Positions 10,702-22,075 of a stretch of DNA of 64,000 nucleotides are shown in pieces (positions within the stretch are counted from its first letter, which is position 1; each line of letters begins with the position of its first letter). Source of the DNA: Synechococcus sp. (GTDB taxonomy: Bacteria; Cyanobacteriota; Cyanobacteriia; Thermostichales; PCC-7336); assembly GCA_051439425.1 (NCBI GenBank), contig JBFRWD010000110.1, positions 1-64,000 of the forward strand, given 5' to 3'. Under the pieces are notes generated by a model. It saw nothing but the letters and a program-made list of their open reading frames with translations, was not told where the DNA came from and ran no database searches. The position numbers and the translations under genes are program-made.

Positions 10702-11163
10702 CTACACCACAAATTCGGGAGACTCTGACTGAGCGGCCTCGCGGCTGCGAGCATCAAAGTACAGATCTTCCAACGTAATACTGTCCACAACTTGTTGAAG
10801 CTGTTGGGCGATTCGCTGCCACACCGCTTGGGTCACCCAGTCTTCCACTCGCTCGGCACTTCCTCCGACTTCACGACCAGAGTCACGTCCCTCCAAAGGC
10901 TGAATGGTCTCTCCGACTGCTGCTAGTACCTGACCCAACGTAATTGCGCGGGCCGGTCTAGCCAGTCGAAATCCACCATGTGCACCCCGCTGAGAAATGA
11001 CTAGCCCTGCTAGGCGCAATTCTCCTAGCAATTTTTCAAGATATGGAGCCGGAATGTTTTGTCGCTTGGCGATGGCCCGAACAGACATGGGCTGCTGACC
11101 ATCAATCAACGCCAGATCCAACAATGCTTTAACGCTGTAGCGTCCTCTAGTCGTCCATTTCAC
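10702..11163 (-). CDS. Rrf2 family transcriptional regulator (no Cys ligands; Slr0846-like)
   Basis: TTRGRYSVKALLDLA, IPAPYLEKLL, SQRGAHGGFRLARP. Confidence 0.9.
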   Translation of the reverse strand: MKWTTRGRYSVKALLDLALIDGQQPMSVRAIAKRQNIPAPYLEKLLGELRLAGLVISQRGAHGGFRLARPARAITLGQVLAAVGETIQPLEGRDSGREVGGSAERVEDWVTQAVWQRIAQQLQQVVDSITLEDLYFDARSREAAQSESPEFVV

Positions 11164-11343
11164 GAGTTTCAGCAGTCTCCTCGCTAATCATGTTTGAATC
11201 GCGTGTTGGTCGGGGTTAGTTCGGTCGTTGCATGGTTCCACGGTGGCATCTTACAAACAATCATAATCATCCCGAACAGATACCTAGAACCAGTCTAAAA
11301 ATCACAGGCCTACAGCCGATTTCCAGAAAACAAAAAAAAAATC

Positions 11344-11372
11344 TGGACAAAGCGATCGAAACCACGTACATT
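11344..11372 (+). promoter_or_regulatory. sigma70-type promoter of the ribosomal protein cluster
   Basis: TGGACA-17nt-TACATT preceded by an A-tract (UP-element-like). Confidence 0.6.
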
Positions 11373-11679
11373 AGTAAGCCGGCGCGGAAATGACGTGCCC
11401 ACCTGAGATGCCGTTACGGATACTGCAGTTTAGCTGCTTAGCACTGTCAAGTCCGGGCTCTCGAGCGAAATTGTGATTTCGCCCTCAGCTTTCGCTGCTG
11501 TACTCGCATCAAACTTACGTTGCAGACCCACTGAAGTATTCATGGCAGTCTCGCGAGGTTTCTTCGGATTGAGCAGATTAATGGCACTGCTCCAGGCAAG
11601 CTGGAGTGATGCCAAGTCTGCCGCCCGCTTATGTGTCGAGTCGAGCGATCGTTAACCCGTTGTCCAGTGGAGGCCCAAA

Positions 11680-12312
11680 GTGGCTGTTGGCATTTTCGGC
11701 AAGAAGTTAGGCATGACCCAAGTCTTCGACGAAGAAGGCTTGGCGGTACCCGTTACCGTTGTCGAGGCTGGTCCTTGCACCGTTACCCAAATTAAAACGA
11801 AGGAAACGGACGGATACACTGCCATCCAGATCGGATATGGCAATAACAAGCGCGTGAACAAGCCTGAGAAAGGTCACTTGGCTAAGGCCGGTGTTGAGGC
11901 ACCCCTCAAGCACCTGAAGGAATACCGTGTCGACAAGCCTGAAGATTTTGAACTCGGTCAGGAACTGACCGTGACTCGATTTGAGGCCGGTCAACTGATT
12001 GATGTCTCCGGCACCACTATTGGTCACGGCTTCACTGGATACCAGAAGCGTCACAACTTCAGCCGCGGTCCTATGGCTCACGGTTCTAAGAACCATCGCC
12101 TTCCTGGTTCGATTGGTCCAGGTACCACCCCCGGTCGCGTTTATCCCGGCAAGCGCATGGCGGGTCGCGATGGTGGCAAGCGCACCACAATTCGTAAGTT
12201 GGCGATCGTCCGCGTTGACGAAGAGCGCAACTTGCTACTGGTCAAAGGGTCTGTACCCGGTGTTGAGGGTGGCCTGTTGGAAATTCGTCCCGCCACTATC
12301 GTCGGACAGTAG
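11680..12312 (+). CDS. rplC: 50S ribosomal protein L3
   Basis: [29 protein letters not shown]. Confidence 0.98.
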   Translation: MAVGIFGKKLGMTQVFDEEGLAVPVTVVEAGPCTVTQIKTKETDGYTAIQIGYGNNKRVNKPEKGHLAKAGVEAPLKHLKEYRVDKPEDFELGQELTVTRFEAGQLIDVSGTTIGHGFTGYQKRHNFSRGPMAHGSKNHRLPGSIGPGTTPGRVYPGKRMAGRDGGKRTTIRKLAIVRVDEERNLLLVKGSVPGVEGGLLEIRPATIVGQ

Positions 12313-12338
12313 GCACGAACTGTAGGAGAGCAATACCG

Positions 12339-12980
12339 ATGGCAACTTGTAGCATCAAAGACTGGCAGGGCGAATCCAAGGGTGAAACCGATCTGGATCT
12401 CGCTGTAGCATCCCCCGAATCTGCCGAACACATTGTTTACCTGGCTCTTCGCCGCCAGTTAGCCAATAAGCGTCAATCAAACGCTCACTCCAAAACTCGT
12501 GCGGAAGTGCGCGGTGGTGGTCGCAAGCCTTGGCGTCAAAAGGGCACGGGCCGGGCTCGCGCTGGCTCTATCCGTTCTCCGCTATGGCGAAAAGGTGGTG
12601 TTGTATTTGGCCCTCGCAACGAGCGCAATTACACCATCAGCATGAACCGCAAGGAACGCCGATTGGCCCTGCGCACTGCTTTGCAGAGTCGGGTAGAAGA
12701 CCTGATTGTGGTAGAAGATTTCTCCGACAATTTAGCCCAACCCAAGACGAAAGAGGCTGTCCAAGCGTTGTCCCGCTGGGGGGTTGGAGCAGATCAGTCT
12801 GTACTGATTATTGTTGCGGACAAAGACGACAACATCCACAGAGCAGTGCGCAATATTGCACGCGTCAAGCTCATCACTGCCAGCAACCTCAACGTATTCG
12901 ACCTACTCAACGTTGATTGGATTGTGGCTACCACTTCAGCATTGGATCGCATTCGGGAGGTTTACAGTGACTCAAAGTAA
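12339..12980 (+). CDS. rplD: 50S ribosomal protein L4
   Basis: [26 protein letters not shown]. Confidence 0.98.
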   Translation: MATCSIKDWQGESKGETDLDLAVASPESAEHIVYLALRRQLANKRQSNAHSKTRAEVRGGGRKPWRQKGTGRARAGSIRSPLWRKGGVVFGPRNERNYTISMNRKERRLALRTALQSRVEDLIVVEDFSDNLAQPKTKEAVQALSRWGVGADQSVLIIVADKDDNIHRAVRNIARVKLITASNLNVFDLLNVDWIVATTSALDRIREVYSDSK

Positions 12981-13266
12981 GCGCCGCTTAGCCGATATTC
13001 TGATTCGTCCCATCTTGACGGAAAAAGCAACTCGGTTAATGGAAGACAACAAATACACGTTCGAAGTCCAAGACACTGCAACTAAGCCTGCCATTCGCTA
13101 TGCAGTTGAGGAAATGTTCGGTGTTCGCGTCACGTCTGTTAACACTTACAATCCTCCCCGCAAAAAGCGTCGTTTAGGCCGTACCATCGGCTTCCGCGTT
13201 CGTCACAAGCGGGCTGTTGTAACCCTCGCCAGTGGCGATTCCATCGCCCTCTTCCCCGAAGTTTAA
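12967..13266 (+). CDS. rplW: 50S ribosomal protein L23
   Basis: [24 protein letters not shown] start at 12967 after GGGAGG, overlapping rplD end. Confidence 0.95.
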   Translation: MTQSKRRLADILIRPILTEKATRLMEDNKYTFEVQDTATKPAIRYAVEEMFGVRVTSVNTYNPPRKKRRLGRTIGFRVRHKRAVVTLASGDSIALFPEV

Positions 13267-13308
13267 TCCACCTCTGACGCAAGTAAGTAATAGGACAGCC
13301 AGACTATT

Positions 13309-14154
13309 ATGGCCATTCGTACCTTTAACCCCTACACCCCCAGCATGCGCGAGCATGCGGCGTCAGACTTCTCAGAGTTGACGACAGATTCCCCAGAAAA
13401 GTCCCTGGTGAAGCGCGTTCACAACAAGAAGGGACGCAACAACCGTGGGGTAATCACTAGTCGCCATCGTGGTGGCGGTCACAAGCGTCTATATCGCATC
13501 ATCGACTTCAAGCGCGACAAGCGCGACGTTCCGGCCAAGGTTGCCACTATCGAGTACGACCCCAACCGCAATGCTCGCATCTGTTTGTTGCACTATATCG
13601 ATGGTGAGAAGCGCTACATTCTACAGCCCAAGTCCTTACAAGTCGGCGACACAGTCGTCGCTGGGGACGAGGCTCCCATTGAAATCGGTAATGCGATGCC
13701 TTTGTCTCGGGTTCCATTGGGCAGCGCCGTTCACAACGTAGAAATGCACCGCGGTCGTGGCGGTCAAATGGTGCGTTCGGCAGGAGCTAGTGCACAGGTT
13801 GTCGCTAAAGAGGGTAACTACGTCACGATTAAGTTACCTTCTAGCGAAGTCCGCATGGTTCGCAAAGAGTGCTACGCGACTTTAGGCGAAGTGGGCAATG
13901 CGGAGTTTAACAACCAGAACAAAGGTAAAGCCGGGCGAACTCGCTGGAGTGGTCGCCGTCCCCACGTTCGTGGTGTAGCCATGAATGCTTGCGACCACCC
14001 CCACGGTGGTGGTGAGGGTAAGGCTCCCATTGGACGCCCTTCTCCTCTATCTCCCACTGGTATTCCAGCGTTGGGTTACAAGACTCGCAAGAAGAAGAAA
14101 GCGAGTAGCAAGCTGATCGTTCGCGGTCGCAAGCGCGGTAAGTCTACCCGCTAA
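13309..14154 (+). CDS. rplB: 50S ribosomal protein L2
   Basis: [22 protein letters not shown]. Confidence 0.98.
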   Translation: MAIRTFNPYTPSMREHAASDFSELTTDSPEKSLVKRVHNKKGRNNRGVITSRHRGGGHKRLYRIIDFKRDKRDVPAKVATIEYDPNRNARICLLHYIDGEKRYILQPKSLQVGDTVVAGDEAPIEIGNAMPLSRVPLGSAVHNVEMHRGRGGQMVRSAGASAQVVAKEGNYVTIKLPSSEVRMVRKECYATLGEVGNAEFNNQNKGKAGRTRWSGRRPHVRGVAMNACDHPHGGGEGKAPIGRPSPLSPTGIPALGYKTRKKKKASSKLIVRGRKRGKSTR

Positions 14155-14196
14155 ACTCTTCCAGTTTGTTTGATGCACTCGATTCGGTAGGTTGTT

Positions 14197-14475
14197 ATGC
14201 CTCGTTCGCTTAAAAAGGGTCCTTTTGTCGCCGGTCACTTGCTCAAGAAAGTTGAAGCAATGAATGCTAGCGGCAGCAAGCAAGTCATCAAAACTTGGTC
14301 TAGGGCCTCCACCATCATTCCTCAGATGATTGGTCACACCATTGCCGTTCACAACGGCAGACAACACGTCCCCGTGTATGTTTCCGAGCAAATGGTGGGT
14401 CACAAATTAGGGGAATTTGCGCCGACTCGCACCTACCGCGGTCACGCAGCTGACAAGAAAGCTTCTCGCCGTTGA
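14197..14475 (+). CDS. rpsS: 30S ribosomal protein S19
   Basis: [22 protein letters not shown]. Confidence 0.98.
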   Translation: MPRSLKKGPFVAGHLLKKVEAMNASGSKQVIKTWSRASTIIPQMIGHTIAVHNGRQHVPVYVSEQMVGHKLGEFAPTRTYRGHAADKKASRR

Positions 14476-14489
14476 GGAAAGACGATTCC

Positions 14490-14843
14490 ATGGCTACTGA
14501 CACTCTAGAAGTAAAGGCGATCGCGCGTACTGTGCGCATGTCTCCCACCAAAGTTCGTCGCGTCCTCAATCAGATTCGCGGCCGCTCCTATCAAGATGCG
14601 CTGATCATCCTCGAATTCATGCCTTATTCCGCCTGCGAGCCAGTGCGAAAGGTATTACGTTCGGCAGTTGCTAATGCAGAGCACAACGAGGGCCTAGATG
14701 CAACTCAGCTCTATGTCAGCACTGCTTATGCAGATCAGGGACCTACTCTCAAGCGCTTCCGCCCTCGTGCGCAGGGCCGTGCTTACGGCATCCAGAAGAA
14801 GACTTGCCACATCACCGTTGCTGTCAGTCCCATTCAGGCTTAG
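14490..14843 (+). CDS. rplV: 50S ribosomal protein L22
   Basis: [30 protein letters not shown]. Confidence 0.97.
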   Translation: MATDTLEVKAIARTVRMSPTKVRRVLNQIRGRSYQDALIILEFMPYSACEPVRKVLRSAVANAEHNEGLDATQLYVSTAYADQGPTLKRFRPRAQGRAYGIQKKTCHITVAVSPIQA

Positions 14844-14883
14844 TCCAGTTCCTTTACCCCATCGTTAACCAACCGCACTACCT

Positions 14884-15636
14884 ATGGGTCAGAAGATTCA
14901 CCCCAACGGCTTTCGCCTCGGCATTACTCGCACACACCGCAGCCGCTGGTTTGCCGATCCCGAGCTATATCCTTTGCTGTTGCAAGAGGACAAGCAAATT
15001 CGCGAGTACCTGCGTAAAAATTTGAATAACGCAGGGTTAGCTGACATCATCATCGAGCGCAAGGCCGATCAAATCGATCTAGAAGTACACACATCCCGTC
15101 CCGGTGTGGTTGTGGGTCGAGGCGGATCTGGTATTGAAGCACTGCGAGTCGGTCTGTTGAACGAATTAGCCGATAGCCCTGCCGCAGAAGGTACTCGTAC
15201 TGTCCGTATCAACGTTGTTGAAGTAACGCGAGTCGATGCTGAATCCGCACTAATTGCTGAAAGTATTGCTCAACAACTAGAGCGACGTGTTTCCTTCCGC
15301 CGCATTGTTCGGCAGGTTATCCAACGAGCTCAGCGAGCTGGTGTCGAAGGCATCAAAATTCAAATTAGTGGTCGTCTAAACGGAGCCGAGATTGCCCGTT
15401 CAGAGTGGACACGCGAGGGGCGCATCCCCCTCCATACTCTGCGAGCCAATATTGACTACGCAGAGCACGAAGCAAAGACGACCTTCGGCATCATCGGCGT
15501 CAAAGTATGGGTATTTAAAGGCGAAATATTGCCCGGACAAGAGCTAGAGTCTCGCCCTGCTCCGACGCAGCAACCCAAGCGCCGCTCCCAGCGTCGCCGC
15601 CCCACTTTTGAAGATCGCTCGGCAGCCGAGGGCTAA
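14884..15636 (+). CDS. rpsC: 30S ribosomal protein S3
   Basis: [33 protein letters not shown]. Confidence 0.98.
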   Translation: MGQKIHPNGFRLGITRTHRSRWFADPELYPLLLQEDKQIREYLRKNLNNAGLADIIIERKADQIDLEVHTSRPGVVVGRGGSGIEALRVGLLNELADSPAAEGTRTVRINVVEVTRVDAESALIAESIAQQLERRVSFRRIVRQVIQRAQRAGVEGIKIQISGRLNGAEIARSEWTREGRIPLHTLRANIDYAEHEAKTTFGIIGVKVWVFKGEILPGQELESRPAPTQQPKRRSQRRRPTFEDRSAAEG

Positions 15637-15677
15637 CGCTCCGCTGGCCCCACTGCTGATTGAGAGGAACGCACCTG

Positions 15678-16124
15678 ATGTTAAGTCCCAAGCGCACTAA
15701 ATTCCGCAAGCAACAACGCGGCCGCATGAGAGGTAAGGCTACTCGCGGTAACACCATTAGCTTTGGCGAATTTGGTTTGGTTTCCACCGAACCCTGCTGG
15801 ATTACCTCCCGCCAGATTGAAGCTGCTCGTCGAGCGATGACTCGCTCGGTCAAACGTGGCGGCAAGATCTGGATCCGGATTTTCCCTGACAAGCCTGTCA
15901 CCATGCGCGCGGCTGAAACCAGGATGGGTTCCGGTAAAGGTAATCCGGAGTTTTGGGTGGCAGTTGTCAAACCCAATCGCGTCATGTTCGAGATGGGTGG
16001 TGTTGCGGAAGATGTTGCTCGCGAAGCCATGAGACTTGCAGCCCAGAAGCTGCCTGTCAAGACCAAGTTCATAACGCGGGAGGCACCTGATAACGCTTCC
16101 TCAACTGATGATGGAGGTAACTAG
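15678..16124 (+). CDS. rplP: 50S ribosomal protein L16
   Basis: [22 protein letters not shown]. Confidence 0.98.
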   Translation: MLSPKRTKFRKQQRGRMRGKATRGNTISFGEFGLVSTEPCWITSRQIEAARRAMTRSVKRGGKIWIRIFPDKPVTMRAAETRMGSGKGNPEFWVAVVKPNRVMFEMGGVAEDVAREAMRLAAQKLPVKTKFITREAPDNASSTDDGGN

Positions 16125-16126
16125 CG

Positions 16127-16339
16127 ATGCCCATGCCCAAAATTGCCGATGCCCGGGCTCTTTCAGATGAAGAGCTTAGTGCTGAAATTCTGGCGGTTAA
16201 GAAGGAGTTATTTGAACTTCGCTTGCAAAGAGCCACTCGCCAGTTGGAAGGTCCCCACCAAATTAAGTTGGCTAAACACCGTCTGGCTCAGCTGTTGACG
16301 GTAGAAGGGGAACGCTCTCAGGCCAGTCAGGAATCGTAA
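16127..16339 (+). CDS. rpmC: 50S ribosomal protein L29
   Basis: KKELFELRLQ, LAQLLTV; position in operon. Confidence 0.95.
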   Translation: MPMPKIADARALSDEELSAEILAVKKELFELRLQRATRQLEGPHQIKLAKHRLAQLLTVEGERSQASQES

Positions 16340-16359
16340 GCGAGTAAGGTGCTCTAACT

Positions 16360-16623
16360 ATGTCCGGAGATAAACGCAGAAAGGTTCAAGTTGGCCTCGT
16401 GGTCAGCGACAAGATGGACAAGACCGTAGTGGTAGCAGTTGAGAATCGCATTGCTCACCCTAAGTACGGCAAAATCGTCGTCAAGACCAAGAAATACAAA
16501 GCCCACGACGAGGACAATCAGTGCAAGCGCGGCGATCGCGTGCGAATTGCTGAAACTCGCCCCTTGAGTAAGACCAAGCGCTGGGAAGTGGCAGAAATTT
16601 TAACTGGGGGAGCCAAAGCATGA
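16360..16623 (+). CDS. rpsQ: 30S ribosomal protein S17
   Basis: [31 protein letters not shown]. Confidence 0.98.
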   Translation: MSGDKRRKVQVGLVVSDKMDKTVVVAVENRIAHPKYGKIVVKTKKYKAHDEDNQCKRGDRVRIAETRPLSKTKRWEVAEILTGGAKA

Positions 16624-16988
16624 TCCAGCAAGAAACAATGCTCAACGTGGCTGACAACACTGGAGCTCGTCGCATTCAATGCATTCGAGTCCCCGGTAGC
16701 ACCGGCCGCCGCTATGCCCGAGTCGGCGATGTGATCGTGGCCGTTGTCAAGGACGCTGCTCCAAACATGCCAGTCAAGAAGTCGGACGTTGTCAAAGCGG
16801 TTGTCGTTCGCACAGTTAAGTCTATCCGTCGTCAAAACGGTATGACCATTCGGTTTGACGATAACGCAGCTGTCATCATCAACGCTGATAACAACCCCCG
16901 CGGTACTCGCGTGTTTGGCCCTGTTGCTCGAGAGTTGCGCGAAAAGAACTTCACTAAAATCGTTTCTCTCGCACCGGAGGTTCTATAA
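16620..16988 (+). CDS. rplN: 50S ribosomal protein L14
   Basis: [33 protein letters not shown]. Confidence 0.98.
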   Translation: MIQQETMLNVADNTGARRIQCIRVPGSTGRRYARVGDVIVAVVKDAAPNMPVKKSDVVKAVVVRTVKSIRRQNGMTIRFDDNAAVIINADNNPRGTRVFGPVARELREKNFTKIVSLAPEVL

Positions 16989-16989
16989 A

Positions 16990-17388
16990 ATGGCACGCAA
17001 ATTAAAACGCAGCCAGATTGCTGCTCTGGTCAAAAAGCCAGGTATTCGCGCCCATCGCAATTCACTGCGCTACAAGATGCGCATCAGGAAAGGTGACACC
17101 GTCCAAGTTATCGCTGGTAAGGACAAAGGCACTGTGGGTGAAGTTCTGTTCACGCTACCCAGCAAGAACATGGTCGTCGTTGAAGGGGCCAATATTATCA
17201 CCCGCCATATCAAGCCTCAGCGTGAAGGAGAAACGGGTCGCATCGAAACGACCGAAGCTCCTATTCACGTGTCTAACGTGATGGCTTATTCCAAGAAGGA
17301 AGAAGTCGCTAGCAAAATTGCGTACAGCTTTACTCCTGAAGGACGTAAGGTGCGCATGCTAAAGGCCACTGGCGAAGTTCTTGACTAG
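16990..17388 (+). CDS. rplX: 50S ribosomal protein L24 (long basic N-terminal extension)
   Basis: [26 protein letters not shown] one base after rplN stop. Confidence 0.95.
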   Translation: MARKLKRSQIAALVKKPGIRAHRNSLRYKMRIRKGDTVQVIAGKDKGTVGEVLFTLPSKNMVVVEGANIITRHIKPQREGETGRIETTEAPIHVSNVMAYSKKEEVASKIAYSFTPEGRKVRMLKATGEVLD

Positions 17389-17476
17389 GACATTCTTGGC
17401 TAAGACATTGACTTAGCCTTATGCCGGGACTGCTGTTCGCTTTTATTCAGACCTACTTTTCGATTGAGATTCGACC

Positions 17477-18016
17477 ATGACGCAACGTCTCCGAACAACT
17501 TATGCCGAGACTCTCGTGCCGCAGCTCATGAAAGAGTTGGGTTATGGGAACGTTCACCAAGTCCCCAAACTGGTCAAGATTGTCGTCAACCGTGGACTCG
17601 GCGAGGCATCTCAGAACGCTAAGGCTTTGGAATCGTCTCTGACTGAAATCAGTACGATTACCGGACAAAGACCTGTCATTACCCGAGCCAAGAAGGCGAT
17701 CGCAACCTTCAAAATCCGCGAAGGGATGCCGGTGGGTCTCAAAGTCACCCTTCGTCGGGAGAAGATGTATGCCTTCCTCGATCGCTTTATCAATGTGGCC
17801 TTGCCCCGAATTCGTGACTTCCGTGGAGTCAGCCCCAAAGGGTTTGACGGACGTGGAAATTACACTATCGGTGTTCGCGAGCAGCTGATCTTCCCAGAGA
17901 TCAGTTACGACAAAGTGGATCAGATTCGCGGCATGGACATCACATTTGTCACGACAGCTACAAACGACAACGATGGCCGGGCATTACTTAAAGCTTTTGG
18001 CATGCCGTTCGCTTAA
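17477..18016 (+). CDS. rplE: 50S ribosomal protein L5
   Basis: [26 protein letters not shown]. Confidence 0.98.
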   Translation: MTQRLRTTYAETLVPQLMKELGYGNVHQVPKLVKIVVNRGLGEASQNAKALESSLTEISTITGQRPVITRAKKAIATFKIREGMPVGLKVTLRREKMYAFLDRFINVALPRIRDFRGVSPKGFDGRGNYTIGVREQLIFPEISYDKVDQIRGMDITFVTTATNDNDGRALLKAFGMPFA

Positions 18017-18137
18017 CCGTCCACTGATGTATTTGGTATTCCCGCTGATGGTCCGACACACTGCACGACGAGCACCTGCATGGCAGGCATCAATCCCGTC
18101 AACCCGACTCGCTCTGCAGGCTTAGAGGTAACTGCAA

Positions 18138-18542
18138 ATGGCGCACACAAACGACACAATCTCAGATATGCTCACTCGAATTCGCAACGCCAATTTGGCG
18201 CGGCATCAATCGGTGAACATTCCTGCAACTAAAATGACTCGCAACATCGCACGCGTGTTGCGAGAAGAAGGCTTTATCGAGAGCTTTGAAGAAGCGGAGG
18301 CAGAGAGCCGTAAGAATCTCATTCTGTCTCTCAAATACAAGGGTAAAAACCGCCAGCCTATCATTACCAAGCTGCAGCGAGTTAGCCGCCCTGGCTTGCG
18401 CGTTTACAAAAACCGCAAAGAACTACCCCGCGTTTTGGGTGGCATTGGGATTGCCATTATCTCTACGTCCAGCGGAATCATGACCGACCGAGATGCTCGC
18501 CGCAACGGCATCGGCGGTGAAGTTCTCTGCTACATCTACTAA
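18138..18542 (+). CDS. rpsH: 30S ribosomal protein S8
   Basis: [28 protein letters not shown]. Confidence 0.98.
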   Translation: MAHTNDTISDMLTRIRNANLARHQSVNIPATKMTRNIARVLREEGFIESFEEAEAESRKNLILSLKYKGKNRQPIITKLQRVSRPGLRVYKNRKELPRVLGGIGIAIISTSSGIMTDRDARRNGIGGEVLCYIY

Positions 18543-18573
18543 GTTATCTCAGTCGTCCGTCAGGAGTTCGCAC

Positions 18574-19110
18574 ATGTCACGCATTGGCAAACAACCAATT
18601 CCTATCCCCGACAAAGTGACCGTTACGATTGACGGCCTGAATGTCAAAGTCAAGGGACCTAAAGGTGAGCTGGAGCGCACGCTGCCCGATAAGGTGACCA
18701 TCGTCCTAGAGGGGGCCGAGGTGAAGGTCACCCCAGTTGACGAGTCCAGAATTGCTCGTCAGCGCCATGGTCTGTGCCGCACCTTGGTCGCCAACATGGT
18801 TGAAGGCGTCTCAAAAGGCTTTGAAAAGCGGCTAGAGATTCAGGGAGTTGGTTACCGAGCCCAAGCGAAAGGAACCACACTGGTTCTCAACGTTGGCTAC
18901 AGCAACCCTGTCGAAATTCCTGCCCCCACTGGTATTCAATTAGCGGTTGAGAATAACACCAACGTTATTGTGTCGGGCATTGACAAAGAGGTTGTAGGCA
19001 ATACAGCCGCAAAGATCCGCAGCGTTCGTCCCCCCGAGCCCTACAAAGGCAAGGGCATTCGCTACGCCGGTGAGTATATCCTTCGTAAAGCTGGTAAGTC
19101 TGGTAAGTAA
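18574..19110 (+). CDS. rplF: 50S ribosomal protein L6
   Basis: [26 protein letters not shown]. Confidence 0.98.
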   Translation: MSRIGKQPIPIPDKVTVTIDGLNVKVKGPKGELERTLPDKVTIVLEGAEVKVTPVDESRIARQRHGLCRTLVANMVEGVSKGFEKRLEIQGVGYRAQAKGTTLVLNVGYSNPVEIPAPTGIQLAVENNTNVIVSGIDKEVVGNTAAKIRSVRPPEPYKGKGIRYAGEYILRKAGKSGK

Positions 19111-19113
19111 GCC

Positions 19114-19482
19114 ATGAAAGTGAGTCGTAAACAATCAACCCGCAGGCGTCACGGTCGTATTCGTCGCAAAGTAGTAGGAACCACCGAGCGTCCTCGTTTG
19201 GCAGTATTCCGCTCTAACCAACACATTTATGCGCAAGTCATCGACGATTCTGCTCACCACACTTTAGCTGCATCGTCCACTTTGGATGGAGCTGTTAAGG
19301 GCAAAATTGGTGAATCGAACACTGGCAACCAAGACGCAGCTGCTCTAGTGGGTAAGTCCGTCGCTGAGAAGGCAATTGCTGCTGGCATCAAGCAGGTAGT
19401 CTTTGACCGTGGAGGAAAGCTGTATCACGGACGCGTCAAGGCGCTAGCCGATGCCGCGCGCGAAGCCGGACTAGAATTTTAG
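19114..19482 (+). CDS. rplR: 50S ribosomal protein L18
   Basis: [28 protein letters not shown]. Confidence 0.98.
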   Translation: MKVSRKQSTRRRHGRIRRKVVGTTERPRLAVFRSNQHIYAQVIDDSAHHTLAASSTLDGAVKGKIGESNTGNQDAAALVGKSVAEKAIAAGIKQVVFDRGGKLYHGRVKALADAAREAGLEF

Positions 19483-19514
19483 ACTCACAGCAATCACTGT
19501 AGGGAATATGGAAC

Positions 19515-20045
19515 ATGGCTGAACGTCGTGGCAGAAGGAAAAACCGAGACAACCGCGAATCCTCCGAATGGCAGGAGCGGGTTGTCCAAATTCGCCGAGT
19601 AACCAAGGTTGTAAAAGGGGGTAAATCCCTCAGTTTCCGCGCTGTTGTCGTTGTGGGTAACGAACAGGGGCAAGTGGGTGTTGGCGTTGGCAAAGCTAAT
19701 GATGTCATTGGTGCCGTTCGCAAGGGCGTTGCCGATGCGAAGAAGAGCTTGGTCGAAGTTCCATTGACCAAAAGCCGCTCTTTGCCTCACCGCATGCAGG
19801 GTGAGGCCGGCGGAGCTAGAGTTTTGGTAATGCCGGCTGCCCCCGGTACCGGTGTAATTGCAGGTGGTGCCGTTCGTACTGTCTTGGAACTAGCTGGTGT
19901 TAAGAACTCCCTGGCTAAGCAACTGGGTTCCAGCAATCCACTAAACAATGCACGCGCCACTGTCGACGCTTTGGCAAACTTGCGTACATTCCAGGCTGTT
20001 GCAGAAGAGCGCGGTATTGAAGTTACCAAGCTCTACAGTGCCTAG
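19515..20045 (+). CDS. rpsE: 30S ribosomal protein S5
   Basis: [21 protein letters not shown]. Confidence 0.98.
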   Translation: MAERRGRRKNRDNRESSEWQERVVQIRRVTKVVKGGKSLSFRAVVVVGNEQGQVGVGVGKANDVIGAVRKGVADAKKSLVEVPLTKSRSLPHRMQGEAGGARVLVMPAAPGTGVIAGGAVRTVLELAGVKNSLAKQLGSSNPLNNARATVDALANLRTFQAVAEERGIEVTKLYSA

Positions 20046-20130
20046 CCTAGTTTTCTGTTGTCAAAGCTAGTTTCTGGTTTGGAAGCTAGTTTTCTGTCCG
20101 ATCCGATCCAAACGCTTTCAGGAAATTGCT

Positions 20131-20574
20131 ATGCGTCTGAATGACATCAAGCCTCAAAGTGGGGCAACCCGACGCAAACGTCGTATCTGCCGAGGTATAT
20201 CTGCCGGTCAGGGAGCTACAGGTGGTAAAGGTATGCGTGGCCAAAAATCTCGCTCGGGTGGCGGTACTCGGCCAGGCTTTGAAGGCGGACAAATGCCTCT
20301 CTACCGTCGCTTACCCAAGCTCAAGCACTTTAAGCTCATCAATCACAAAACCTTTTCCATTGTGAATGTTGAAGATTTAGAACAACTGAAGGCTGGCACC
20401 GAAGTAACCTTACAAAGCCTGCTGGATTGCGGCATCCTGACTGCCACTGATGGCCCTCTGAAAGTGTTGGGCAACGGTGATTTAACTAAGAAGCTGACAG
20501 TTAAGGCGACCGCAGTCACAGAATCTGCAAAAGGCAAAATTGAATCTGCAGGGGGAACCGTCGAGCTGGTTTAG
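20131..20574 (+). CDS. rplO: 50S ribosomal protein L15
   Basis: [22 protein letters not shown]. Confidence 0.98.
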   Translation: MRLNDIKPQSGATRRKRRICRGISAGQGATGGKGMRGQKSRSGGGTRPGFEGGQMPLYRRLPKLKHFKLINHKTFSIVNVEDLEQLKAGTEVTLQSLLDCGILTATDGPLKVLGNGDLTKKLTVKATAVTESAKGKIESAGGTVELV

Positions 20575-20599
20575 ACCGGTTTCCTAGCAGACTTTACGA

Positions 20600-20638
20600 C
20601 AAAAAGGGCAGCAGATTCAGTTGACTGCTGCTCTTTTG
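20600..20638 (+). terminator. terminator-like hairpin between rplO and secY
   Basis: AAAAGGGCAGCAG...CTGCTGCTCTTTTG. Confidence 0.55.
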
Positions 20639-20773
20639 CATTTGAAGAGGTTCCAAACATCCTTGTCTAAATTGATTTCGGTCTGTCATGGCTGGGAGTT
20701 AAACTTTATAAGGCACAGGATAATTTACTAGACTGTGCGTCGGTTGATAGCTACCGAAAGGAGATGGCTGTTC

Positions 20774-22075
20774 ATGGTGGTCAATCGGGGAAGCTCCCCA
20801 TCAGCTCAAGAGACATTTGCACAAATGGCCCAAGAGGCCGGGCTGCGCGGACGGGTCTTTCTTACCCTCGGTATTCTGCTACTGGTTCGCTTGGGCATCT
20901 ATATTCCGATTCCCGGTATTAATCGAGAAGCATTTGCTGCAAATTTAGCCAACAACCAATTAGCAGGGTTCCTCAATGTATTTACGGGGGGAGGAATTGC
21001 TTCTCTCGGCGTATTTATGCTGGGAATTTTGCCCTACATCAATGCTTCGATCATCATTCAGCTACTCACCTCTGCTGTACCAGCCCTAGAAAACCTGCAG
21101 AAAAACGAAGGGGAGGCTGGGCGTCGTCAAATAACTCAATACACTCGATACCTTACTCTTGCTTGGGCGATCATTCAGGGGGTTGGGGTCTCGATCTGGG
21201 TGTATGACTTTGCCGCATCCGATGCATCTCAATTGTCATTTACCTTTGAAACGACTCTAGCCTTGACCGCAGGCTCAATGTTTGTCATGTGGGCCAGTGA
21301 GTTAATCACGGAGCGAGGGATTGGCAACGGCGCGTCGCTCATGATCTTTCTAAATATCGTGGCCAGTCTACCCACGGCATTTTCAGACACGATCGCTTTA
21401 GTACGTGCTGACAGCAGCACTATTCCTGGAGTTGTCTTGTTATCGTTAACCTACGTAGCAATGATCGTGTGTATTGTCTTTGTACAAGAAGGTACACGTC
21501 GCATCCCCATCATTTCAGCCAAGCGTCAAGTAGGCCGTAGACTATATCGAGAACAGAAGAACTATCTTCCCCTCAGACTCAATCAAGGGGGAGTTATGCC
21601 AATCATTTTTGCATCCGCCGTCCTGATTCTGCCGACCCAACTTCAGAACGTCACCCAAAACCTACGGGTGCTCAGCATCATCAGTCTTTTCTCTCCTGGC
21701 TCTTGGGGATACATTTTTCTCCTGTTGGTGTTGATCGTGTTCTTTAGCTATTTCTATGCGTCTCTGATCATTAACCCCATAGATCTGGCACAGAACTTGA
21801 AGAAGATGGGCTCCAGCATTCCTGGAATTCGGCCCGGGAAGGCAACATCTGATTATATTGAAAAAGTTCTGAATCGTTTGACGCTATTGGGAGCTATCTT
21901 CTTGGGACTGGTAGCAGTTGTTCCATCTATTGTTGAGCAGCTTGTCGGCATTACAACATTCCAGGGATTGGGAGCTACATCGTTGCTGATTCTGGTTGGT
22001 GTTGCTATCGACACATCGAAACAGATCCAAACCTATGTGATCTCGCAACGTTACGAAGGAATGGTGAAAAGTTAG
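20774..22075 (+). CDS. secY: preprotein translocase subunit SecY
   Basis: LGILPYINASII, GIGNGAS, GVMPIIFA, IPGIRPG, GATSLLILVGV. Confidence 0.98.
   Translation: MVVNRGSSPSAQETFAQMAQEAGLRGRVFLTLGILLLVRLGIYIPIPGINREAFAANLANNQLAGFLNVFTGGGIASLGVFMLGILPYINASIIIQLLTSAVPALENLQKNEGEAGRRQITQYTRYLTLAWAIIQGVGVSIWVYDFAASDASQLSFTFETTLALTAGSMFVMWASELITERGIGNGASLMIFLNIVASLPTAFSDTIALVRADSSTIPGVVLLSLTYVAMIVCIVFVQEGTRRIPIISAKRQVGRRLYREQKNYLPLRLNQGGVMPIIFASAVLILPTQLQNVTQNLRVLSIISLFSPGSWGYIFLLLVLIVFFSYFYASLIINPIDLAQNLKKMGSSIPGIRPGKATSDYIEKVLNRLTLLGAIFLGLVAVVPSIVEQLVGITTFQGLGATSLLILVGVAIDTSKQIQTYVISQRYEGMVKS

Noticed and set aside
15515..16072. Long antisense/alternate-frame ORFs over ribosomal and other genes (also 27893-28417, 38584-39090, 48236-48760)
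   Set aside because: Shadow ORFs of well-supported genes; no recognisable motifs.
18016..20131. Absence of rpsN (after rplE) and rpmD (after rpsE), and of rpsJ before rplC
   Set aside because: Normal for cyanobacterial ribosomal clusters; not novel.
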